Below are positions 47,479 through 56,099 of a stretch of 64,000 nt of DNA, one piece after another. The stretch's first letter is position 1. Every line of letters begins with the position of its first letter. The notes under the pieces are model-generated. The model was not told the DNA's origin, ran no database searches, and was given only the letters and a program-made list of their open reading frames with translations. The stretch comes from Aplysia californica (taxonomy: Eukaryota), in assembly GCF_000002075.1 (NCBI RefSeq), contig NW_004797766.1, positions 474,317-538,316 on the forward strand, in the 5' to 3' direction. The position numbers and the translations under genes are program-made.

Positions 47479-50081
47479 GCATGCACGCAAACAAACAAAG
47501 ACACGCAGAGGGCATATAGGCCAAGTAATTTATGGACACCCCTGGTAAAATTTTAAGTCAGCTTTGGCGGTCACCTTGTTGATCCCGATTTTTTCTCCCT
47601 GAGATCCTGATTTTGAGGTTTCATAGAGTGGCATGTCTGTATATTCATGGGGGATGGGGAAAGCGAGTTTCCAACAGTGATGGACGCATTTATTTTAAGT
47701 CTCATCTGAAATTACTCACAACTTTCTCTTGATATTCATGTAAAGCTCAGTACTTGTTTCTCCTCCCTCCCCCAAAGGACAAAGGCTACAAACGTCGGCT
47801 AGAGAGAATGGCAGATACTGTGATACGCCTGGAGAGCTTCGCGGGTTCTCCGAAAGAGAAGAATCCAGCGTTTAAGGAGTACCATGGTGAGGGTTCTTTT
47901 GTTTTATGTACCATTGATTCCAGTGAGGAAATTTGCATATACCTTGAATAATTTTCTCAATTGAATTAGACTTGCTATATCAAAGAATAAAACAAATTTC
48001 AGCCCAAGGGTGGTGGCTGAAAAGAGGATTTTAGACCTATTATACATGTCCCTTTTGTATTTTTAAAAATATTTTTTTTATAGTAGAGGGTTTTACGGCG
48101 CTCGCAACTGCATAAGGTCATATGAGCGCCAAGGGGTGGATGTCAACAGAGAAGTCTTTACAGGGAATCAGACTTAGACTGCTCACCTCTCTAGCTTCAA
48201 CAGCACAAGGTCTGCTTCGACTATCAAGGCACCCCAAAATAGCAGGTCACAACAGAGTGACAAACATACAAAAGAAGTAGAGAAAATGATAATAATAAGG
48301 ATCAGGAAAGAAAAAGCAGCAGTTCCCTGTTGTAGATCAGGCACAGTTATGAGCGTGACATGAGTGAGCCCATTTACAATTCTACTATGCTTGAACGAGA
48401 AATGTCCCCCCTTTGGGAATGGCCTAAAGACACTTCAGTCAGTGGCACTGCCCCGGGGGGTTCCCTTTTGTACGTAGTCTATGAAATAAATGATGATGGC
48501 TGCTTAAAACGTGCAAATAAGATAGATCTTGTAAATCTGAGAATGCTTTGATTTATGTGAACTGAAACCCCCTGACGTTTTTCTTTTCAACATAGAAGAG
48601 TGAACATGTTAGAATTCGCAAACAGCCTGGAGGTGAGAAATGAACTCATTGTGAAAATGGCCGCAGTATCATAGAAGGCAATGTATGGGAAATTCAACTC
48701 TCTCACCAGAATATCCTGACATGTCTCATATGACAAGAAAGCACTGATGTCGCGATGTGTCACACTGCCATGCAACAGCAGTAGTAGTAGTAGAAGTAGA
48801 AGTACAGATGCCAGAGTAAGGATTAATGGGTTTCCTTTTAAAATATTGAGATATGATACAAGTACTGGGTTCATAGCTGTGGGAGATGTGTCATGACACG
48901 TCAAAATCAGGGACTCATCATGTTTTAGGCATGTGGACTTATTTATTAGTTTCATCTTATTAAAGTTTGGTCTTTTGCTAATCTTTTAATGAAAAAATGA
49001 CTATCTATCTTGAATAAAAGTCGAGATATTTGCGATTGAGGATGTAGGGGTGTCCTGGTTTCTGGGGTAAAATTAGCAAGAAAATGTCTGCTAATGTTGG
49101 GTGGCTTCTGTTGTTTGAGAGTCCTTGGAAAATGCAAATTTACATTGTTTTGTGCCTTTGATCGTTTTTTCAGTAAAATCCTCTTGGTAAAAATGTGTTT
49201 TTAATTGACATAAAAGATGAGCCAAAAACAAAAGTCAATAAAAATTGCCAAAACGGCGGAAAAATGCAGGTATCTTCAATTTCATCATTTTGACGAGCGC
49301 CTGATTTCAACACCATGCCCCATATATATATATATAGGGTTAATCTATTGTTTAATTTTGCACCACAGGTCTTCTCCACCTGGTGCAACTGCCCCGGCTC
49401 AATTCTCTGATCCCTGCCCAGCCGGAGACTACCGATCTTGCTTTCAAGCTCAGGAGGAAAAAATTCACCATAGAAGTATGTTTGCGGGTTTTTTGCTCCT
49501 TCTTTCCCATCAAACATCTGTCGTCCTGATAAAATCTCTCCTCCTTTTTTGTTTTGTTTCTCTCTTGTAACACTTCTAATCTTCAGCACTTATATGACCT
49601 TACTGTGCAGCAAGTGCCATAAAACTCTTACTAAAACTAAAATTAAGAGGTATGTATTTTTGTTTGACTTTATTTTCTTTCCTTTTCTGTTATCAGTATC
49701 AGTGATTTGGGAAGATGAGGAATGATGATATTCTGATCATCCATTTGGTTAGTGTGTGTGTATGTTTGGGTTTGTTTTTGTTTTTTTTGGGGGGGGGGTT
49801 GCTTGTTACTGTTATAGTGTAATACAAAATGTGAAAATGATTATGCCATGAATTCTGTAGTCACTGCTTTAGAAAACTTGGTTGTTTTCCATTTCGAAAA
49901 AACATTGTTGTTTTCCGAGTTATCACAACACTTCTGTTCTTACATTTCACTTCCATAGAAACTACACCTCCCACCAGAGCTGGCAGACACAACTGGTAGA
50001 TCGCAAGACGACGACAACCCGCTGACATCAAAAGTTATGATTGGGTGCAGCTCATCGGAATCCTCAAAGTTGTCTTTCTGA
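35264..50081 (+). CDS. ELP4: Elongator complex protein 4, 11 coding exons, 1194 nt / 397 aa
   Basis: Exons: 35264-35384, 40680-40715, 41834-41955, 42685-42786, 43444-43509, 44099-44220, 44943-45064, 45588-45751, 47778-47886, 49369-49475, 49959-50081. All introns are GT-AG with matching phases. ELP4 hallmark motifs: TSFQKK, GTRPS...QLLVSTGIPSLD..IGGGLAVGTV, LKYFTAE, ELPAP, MKIAWRY, FGHYYDL, LGSPLWG, LESFAGS, KEYHGLL, DLAFKLRRKKFTIEKLHLPP. Confidence 0.96.
35818..36845. repeat. Head-to-tail dimer of a ~500-bp element with CTATTCTCAC/GTGAGAATAG inverted motifs
   Basis: Units ~35818-36300 and ~36314-36845 are near-identical (duplicated ORF-track peptides); nested inside the 140-bp MITE. Confidence 0.85.
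37038..37283. mobile_element. Small TIR element spanning an assembly gap
   Basis: GGAAGGACTTCCGTAACGAGCGACCAC / GTGGTCGCTCGTTACGGAAGTCCTCCC; AATTTTT on both flanks. Confidence 0.7.
37936..38593. mobile_element. Same MITE (copy 2), opposite orientation
   Basis: Reverse complement of 24450-25247 including the interior; 8-bp TSD AATTCATA. Confidence 0.88.
39539..39753 (+). mobile_element. 5' half of tRNA-derived SINE family C
   Basis: Alignable by eye to the reverse complement of 10760-10976. Confidence 0.8.
39870..40455. repeat. Repeat built from CTAGCCGTACTT/AAGTACGGCTAG motifs with an internal ~270-bp-period duplication
   Basis: 39945-40082 resembles 40205-40333; the motif recurs in both orientations; probably a DNA-transposon derivative. 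Confidence 0.6.
40680..40715 (+). CDS. ELP4: ELP4 coding exon 2, 36 nt (GGGLAVGTVMLV)
   Basis: ttttcag acceptor, G|gtaagt donor, phase 1-1. Confidence 0.92.
41834..41955 (+). CDS. ELP4: ELP4 coding exon 3 (EEDIFGSYARLMLKYFTAE...QLVQ)
   Basis: catcag acceptor, CAA|gtagga donor. Confidence 0.92.
42086..42392 (+). repeat. (CT)n microsatellite with gap
   Basis: Visible directly. Confidence 0.95.
42685..42786 (+). CDS. ELP4: ELP4 coding exon 4 (ELPAPIEMG...AKKK)
   Basis: poly-T/aacag acceptor, AAG|gtgagg donor, phase 0-0. Confidence 0.85.
43444..43509 (+). CDS. ELP4: ELP4 coding exon 5 (PDGPDEEKMKIAWRYQSQPKVQ)
   Basis: caacag acceptor, CAG|gtgagt donor. Confidence 0.93.
43779..43955 (+). mobile_element. 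Family A retroposon in ELP4 intron 5
   Basis: GTGGGTGGTTAGCGGGTGCTC start; tail with (ACTAAA)n. Confidence 0.85.
44099..44220 (+). CDS. ELP4: ELP4 coding exon 6 (STPTSGVQFGHYYDLTK...)
   Basis: ttccag acceptor, AG|gtattt donor, phase 0-2. Confidence 0.92.
44943..45064 (+). CDS. ELP4: ELP4 coding exon 7 (SSGALRNKSYCRLLQDV...RSILRL)
   Basis: tttgcag acceptor, G|gtatgt donor, phase 2-1. Confidence 0.9.
45588..45751 (+). CDS. ELP4: ELP4 coding exon 8 (GIHNLGSPLWG...VTVPTHLFH)
   Basis: ttacag acceptor, CAT|gtgagt donor. Confidence 0.93.
46607..47639. mobile_element. Non-autonomous hAT-like element in ELP4 intron 8
   Basis: TIR CAGACCTGCCACTC / GAGTGGCATGTCTG; subterminal TCCCGATTT repeats; direct repeat TATATT on both flanks. 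Confidence 0.8.
47778..47886 (+). CDS. ELP4: ELP4 coding exon 9 (DKGYKRRLERMADTVIRLESFAGS...KEYH)
   Basis: pyrimidine tract + aag acceptor, G|gtgagg donor. Confidence 0.92.
48060..48461 (-). mobile_element. Full family B retroposon in ELP4 intron 9
   Basis: Reverse complement of the 16815-17393 element without the nested insert; TSD TCCCTTTTGTA (48049-48059, 48462-48472). Confidence 0.88.
49369..49475 (+). CDS. ELP4: ELP4 coding exon 10 (GLLHLVQLPRLNSL...DLAFKLRRKKFTIE)
   Basis: ccacag acceptor, GAA|gtatgt donor. Confidence 0.93.
49482..49645 (+). mobile_element. Family A retroposon inserted at the ELP4 exon 10 donor
   Basis: Family A body and tail; flanked by AGAAGTATGT / AGAGGTATGT. Confidence 0.82.
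49959..50081 (+). CDS. ELP4: ELP4 last coding exon (KLHLPPELADTTGRSQ...KLSF*)
   Basis: ccatag acceptor, TGA at 50079-50081. Confidence 0.92.
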   Translation, partial: KLHLPPELADTTGRSQDDDNPLTSKVMIGCSSSESSKLSF

Positions 50082-50114
50082 TGGATGGAGATTGTTCTGT
50101 GGTGTCAGTGTCTT

Positions 50115-50289
50115 TTAGTTTTAGTAGAGGCTTTACAGCGCTCGCAACTGCATAAGGTCATATGAGTGCCAGAAGATTAGAGGTGTTACAAGAAAGTAAC
50201 AAACATAAAAAAGAAGAAGGCGAGATAAGGAGGATAGATGTTTCATAGGAAAGAAGCAAACCACACCAGAGCACCTGCCAACCACCCAC
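50115..50289 (-). mobile_element. Family A retroposon just after the ELP4 stop codon
   Basis: 12-bp TSD TGTCAGTGTCTT (50103-50114, 50290-50301). Confidence 0.88.
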
Positions 50290-50329
50290 TGTCAGTGTCT
50301 TCAAATGAAGCTAAAAAGGAAGCTAAGGA

Positions 50330-51945
50330 GTAGGTAGCGTAAACACGGCCTCGCGGGCGCGCACGGCCTTCCGACCGCGTGGTATCGGGGTAATTCGATC
50401 GCTGTTTCTATGCTCTTTCGCTATAAAACACCAAATGGCGCACACCTATTACAAGTTCAGCTTTTCCTCGTTACAATGGTGTAAGTTGTTTATATGTCCG
50501 ATTATTAGGAGCTGGAGAATGGCCGACGAAAGCGAAGCCCCTCAGGGTCGGAATGCGTGGTCGGCCGGTTCAAAAATTGACACGCGTGCATTCAAATGCT
50601 TCGCAGAACGAGGGATGATTGAATACCGTCTTTTCATTGGCGGAGAACTGTAGCGCTTTAAACGGGCTTTCCCGTGGTATATATTTGGCCGTTGGCGTTT
50701 AAATAGAAAGCTTTTAAAAATGCTATCAAAATGTTTAAAATCACTTTTTACACACAATATGTAAAATACCAGCTTATAAAAGGTATCAATGAAAAGATCA
50801 GTTTATTTTCTATTAGAATATTTACATCAATCCTTCCGCGAGACTCAGAAAGCATGTGACCCCGCACGCTGGGTACACTACAGTATAAGCCGACTCGCTC
50901 ACCGCAGGGGCCAGTGCGGCGCCGGCCGGGTCAACGCTCGTTGTTTTTGTTGAAAATACGACAGATCATCGTGTTTGAAGTGATAAAATACATATTTGTA
51001 ATGATCTCACAGTCTTGAAAAAAATTAGGCTCCATATATTTGTTATAGTGATTGTACTCTGTTAATGTGATGTTTAGTGCACTTGGTACTCTTTTATTGT
51101 CTGTCAAACATGGGGTTGCAGCCAGTGACTGACTTTAACAAATTTGATCAAATTTTAAACAACTACCATTTTCTGAAAATGACTCGGAGGTTAAAGAATG
51201 GTACCAAAATGCTCAGAAGATATAGGCCTTTCAAATGGAAAAGATAAATTTGACATACAGCTACTTCGAAAATTTAGTTTCTGGTAGCCTACCTATGAGG
51301 AGCTATTGGATAATTATCAGTATTCTGATTCTCAAGGGTATTTTTTTTTTAAAGTAACAGGTATTTGGTTGACTGATTGCCTCTATTCTTTTTCTGACCT
51401 CTTAACATGATTTTTTTCCCCTGGCTGTTTTGGTAGACTTCCAATATTAATATTCTGGAGTTTCTTGGGGTTTCAAAGTAATGTCCTTTTTTTTGGTACC
51501 TTTTTTTAAACACAAAATCAGTTTCAAATGCACATTTCTAAAAAAAATAAATATTAAGTACTTTTTCTCAATCTCAAATATAACTGGCCAGGTACCTGTA
51601 ACTACCAAATCTGCAATCTGCACATACTTGGAAAGTTTCAGTACATTATCTTGATTAGTAGCTCAGATTTTAAGATTTTAGTGATGATGGGTCTTTCAAA
51701 AATATAGTTTCGAGAAAATCGCATTAAAAAAATTCATTGTGAAATTTGACGGTTAGTTCTATACAAACCCCACTTCTAAAGGTTCCAGTACCTCATGCAC
51801 CTTTCTTTCTAACCACATGCAAAATCTCATCACTGTAAAGCTACAAATAACCTTACAATTAGAATTTTAGTGAGCCAAGTAGAAACAAAATGTAACAAAA
51901 TTTGAGAGGAAAAGTGGTTAACACAACACCAAATTGTTCACCTTG
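50330..51945. mobile_element. Probable non-autonomous DNA transposon (CpG-rich left arm)
   Basis: Abrupt CpG-rich block with short inverted motifs downstream of ELP4; termini not resolved. Confidence 0.35.
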
Positions 51946-53044
51946 TCTTGTAGGTTGTGCAGACAATTAATCCATGCTGTGATAGCTTCCACTAGTTATT
52001 AAATCCTCCTGCAGCATATGTCTCCAATTCCTGCTGCTGCTTTTTAAAATGTTTTTCTATGCTGGGCTTCTTTTGATTTTCCCTTAGCAGTTGCGAGCGC
52101 CGTAAAACCTTATACTACTATACTACTATATTTTGATTTATTTTTTTCGTTTCCACTTTGACAGGCCCTGTTTCCTCTTACGCATGACTCTAACGGCAGT
52201 TTTCTGCTTTCTTACAGCATGACTGGCAGAAACAGCTCCCCATTGTAATCCAAAAATATCCATTACACACTTTTTAAAAATCAGTTCTAAGTCTGCAGAC
52301 TTACCAGTTACGAGTGCCGTAAAACTCTTACTAAACCAAACTAAATAGAATCTAACCGATTACTTTCATGGGCATGTTGTACAACTGGGTTTATTGCAGC
52401 AGTGGTTTTGAGGTGGGGTTCTTGTATACCTTGTTTCTGCTATGTCTTGCTACTTGTGTCTTTGTAACGGCAAACTATAACTGAATCAGGAACTCAGGAG
52501 TCTTGTACTGGGTCAAACACAATCAAGCAATTTATTTTTGGTAAATATGCAAAAAGAACAATATCTACACAACAGATTAGGGTATTTACGTGTCACAGAT
52601 TACATGCCTTCACGATAATTGGCACTCACTCATCTCAAGTCTTTCTCACGTAGAGCATTACAACACTAGTCTAATGGTACATGTTGGCAAAGAGATAAAA
52701 TACAAACATGACATGTTATGATCATGAAAATGACAAACCAACCTGGAAGTGTATTTACAAATACAAAGGGAAACAACTTAATAACTTATTAACTTATGTC
52801 CTACTAAGGGAATGAATTACGAGCAGGTCTAATTATTTTCCCTACACAAGTTTCATTCACGTGTTTGTGGCAGTGGTTGCCGAGAAGAGATCGGTCATTG
52901 TTAGCCAGTCAGGCAATTTCATAGGTTTCTCAAACTTACTCAAGGCTACCTGTGACGGAGCGTGTCCCTATGGCGTGAAAGAGACAGCGTTCTGACTCTG
53001 AGGCACTCTAGTAATGCCTCATCCAGTTTGCCAGCACTGTGCCA

Positions 53045-53225
53045 CCCCCCACCAGGGCAGTGCTACTGACTGGGGATATTAACATGTTCTTATGCACAGT
53101 AGAATTGTAAATGGGCGGATTTATCAATGTCATTCTCATACTGTGACAGAACAGCATAGGGGGAACTGCTGCTTTTTTCTTTCTCATCCTTACTTGCATC
53201 ATTTTTCCTCTACTTCTTTTGTACA
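53045..53225 (+). mobile_element. Family B retroposon 5' part (diverged)
   Basis: gggcagtgctactgac...agtagaattgtaaatggg...gggaactgctgc. Confidence 0.65.
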
Positions 53226-53886
53226 GTATATACAGAAAAAAGTGGTTTGTTTTGGTCTCAAATCTCAATGTAGATACAGTGCTAACTGATGAATGTTGGT
53301 GGTCCTGAAAAGGACGTCATGTGCCAGTACACGTACGATATTCAGTCCCCGGTTGCAGCTTTAGAAGTCTTTTGCTAAAGGTTGAAGATTTTCTTCAGCC
53401 TTTTGGCTCCATGGCACAGGGGACCAACAATCCCATACAGGTAGGGAATTATTTCTTTGACTTTCCCATCTCTTTTCAGGGTAGTCAAAGCTGTCCTGAT
53501 TTTAAAGATTATTGCCAATTCATTGTCACATGTAGTTTAAAGTAACAAATTGGCGAATCTCTGAAGGTGTGTAGCCACCCTTTTCCTCCAAACAAGTAGA
53601 GCAACAAGGACCATCGTAGTGTAAGGCTGATGACAAGGGCATGCGATGGGCACGTATGTCTTGACTTTCTTGTTTTGTGTAGCCTTGGCTTTTGTGCAGC
53701 ATCAGAAGAAGATCCAGACATGGTGAACAATGATGGGAAATTCAACGTGAAAATGTGGCCAACAGGAGATGCGACTGTCTTGTCCATCAATAATTTATTC
53801 ACGTCTGCAGAGGTGATAACTCTGCATTTCATGAAGACGGTTGATGATGCCAGGCTTTCCGATTTTAGTCGGATATACATGGCATC

Positions 53887-54354
53887 TATATTATCTAATT
53901 TGCCTTTCTGGTACATTGTTCTTACATTCCATGTGGCAATGTTAAGTTGCTTATTTTTGCAGCCAGTAGTTGGATGACGTTCGGGCGCTACCTGCTGCCC
54001 GTGGCGGTCCCTACTGAGCGGGGAGTTCAGAGCTGGATCATGAACCCCCTTTACGCTGTTATCTGATAAATGAATGTACTTTTCCATAACTGTTCTTGGG
54101 ATATTACAGCTGTGGTTTCCAGTTGCCTACTGCCGGTTTGTGTACAGTTTCTCTGCTAGCCTTTGTCAATCCACTGACAACCCACAAGAGAGTGGGGGCT
54201 TTGGTAGGATTTATGGCGCCTCCTGTCACCAAGATGGTCCCTTCTTCGAGTGTGTGAGGTATTTATTGAAGCACCTGTGCCACCAGGGTTCCCATCTACT
54301 CTCCTCGACCATCTCCCATTTGGTTTGCGACTGCTTAGCAGCTAACCTCCATAG
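53887..54354 (-). mobile_element. RTE LINE 5' fragment (5'UTR + endonuclease start) inserted in the tandem unit
   Basis: LNIATWNVRTMYQKGKLDNI is an APE endonuclease N-terminus of RTE type; it interrupts the ~480-bp unit. Confidence 0.78.
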
Positions 54355-54730
54355 CTTAACGATAACCCTATTCATTGGTATATTCTTCTCACCGGTGCAT
54401 GTAGTTTTTTTCCTTCTTGGTGGTGCAGGAATCCACCGCATCAATCTTATTTTGACGAGCTGTCATTTTTATTGAGGAAAACAAACAAGTAAACAAACAA
54501 ATGAAACAAAGGTTCCTCCAAAGCAAGGAGAGCAACAAGGACCATCGCCGTGTAAGGCTTATGACAAGGGTATGCTGCGGACACGTAAGTCTTGACTTTC
54601 TTGTTGGGTGTAGCCTTGGCTTTTGTGCAACACCAGAAGATCCAGACATGGTGAAAAATGATGGGAAATTCAACGTGAAAATGTGGCCAACAGGAGATGT
54701 GACTGTCTTGTCCATCAATAATTTATTCAC

Positions 54731-55014
54731 GCAGTAAAAATGTTGTGTCATCAGCATACTGTCAGATCTTAGTACAATATGTTGAATTGGGCATTTTAAC
54801 TCCCTTGATGTTAGGGTCTTGTCTTACTTTTATTGCCAACAGTTCTACTGCTAGGATAAATAATAGAGGAGATAGTGGGCATCCTTGACGGATTCCCCTC
54901 TGTACTTCAAATTCAGCTGATATAAATCCGATGTTTTTTTACACATGCCATTCTATTGTTCATAAATGTTTCTTTCCATTGCATAAAGACATCACCAAAT
55001 CCGAATGCCTCGGA
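54731..55014 (-). mobile_element. Internal L1/Tx1-clade reverse transcriptase fragment
   Basis: FGFGDVFMQW...FEVQRGIRQGCPLSPLLFILAVELLAIKVRQDPNIKG...QYADDTTFLL; flanked by TTATTCAC on both sides. Confidence 0.88.
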
Positions 55015-56099
55015 TTATTCACTTCTGCAGAGGTGATAACTCTGCATTTCATGAAAGCGTTTATTGTGCGAGGCTTTCCGATTTTAGTCGGATATACCTG
55101 GCATCCTTTGATAGGTGTTACCTTAACGATAACCCTATTCGTTGGTATCTTCTCCCCACCGGTGCATGTAGTTTTTCCCTTCTTGATGGTGCAGGAATCC
55201 ACCCCATCTATCTTATTTTGACGAGCTGTCATTTTTATTGTGGAAAACAAACAAGTATACAAAACACATGAAACAAAAATTCCTCCAAAGCAAGGAGAGC
55301 AACAAGGACCATCGCAGTGTAAGTTGGATGACAAGGGCATGCGACGGGCACGTATGTCTTGACTTTCTTTTTTGGTGTAGCCTTGGCTTTTGTGCAACAC
55401 CAGAAGAAGATCCAGACATGGTGAACAATGATGGGAAATTCAACGTGAAAATGTGGCCAACAGGAGATGCGACTGATTGACCATCAATAATTTATTCACG
55501 TCTGCAGAGGTGACAACTCTGCAGTTCATGAAGACGGTTGATGATGCCAGGCTTTCCGATTTTAGTCGGATATACCTGGCATCCTTTGATGGGTGTTACC
55601 TTAACGATAACCCTATTCATTGGTATCTTCTCCCCACCGGTGCATGTAGTTTTTCCCTTCTTGGTAGTGCAGGAATCCACCCCATCTATCTTATTTTGAC
55701 GAGCTGTCATTTTTATTGTGGAAAACAAACAAATACGCAATGAAACAAAGGTAATAACATTCAGATTTATTAAACAAACAAATTAGAAATCAAAACAAAA
55801 TAAAATTCAAAGACAAAACTAGGTTGAACACAATCAAGGTACAAAAAACATTTAAAAAAAATAAATTTAATTAAGTAAAATTAATAAAACGGGAACTACT
55901 GATATTTGCCACAACAAACACAAGTCCCTTCAAAAGTTACACTAAAAGATGATGCGTTATTTACAAATTTTAGAGGGAAAAAAAAAAATTATAGGGAGTA
56001 ACACAAAACACAAGGCATGAATCTGATAAAAAGGTGAATTCCTCCCAGTTTGCCTTTTTTGTTTTAAAAATAAGTTTTTTGTTTCTGCAATAGGATGTC

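Larger units (their letters stand above)
53585..56039 (-). repeat. Tandem array of a ~480-bp unit (LINE ORF1 start + unknown segment), headed by a second LINE 5'UTR copy
   Basis: The ORF track repeats MTARQNKID..., MNRVIVKVTPIKGCQVYPTKIGKP and EDPDMVNNDGKFNVKMWPTGD three times. 55740-56039 duplicates 57850-58294. Confidence 0.88.

Noticed and set aside
48490-48542. C/D box snoRNA (ATGATGA...CTGA) in ELP4 intron 9
   Set aside because: Too short, no terminal stem and no recognisable rRNA guide.
53286-53320. Hammerhead ribozyme (CTGATGA...GAAA)
   Set aside because: Stem II and the flanking stems do not form in the required arrangement.
53340-53560. RNase H-like peptide on the minus strand (IIFKIRTALTTLKRDGKV...YGIVG)
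   Set aside because: Resemblance too weak; catalytic residues not identifiable.
53585-55740. CRISPR-like array, or a real repeated protein-coding gene
   Set aside because: Units are ~480 bp, the context is eukaryotic, there are no cas genes, and reading frames break differently among units.
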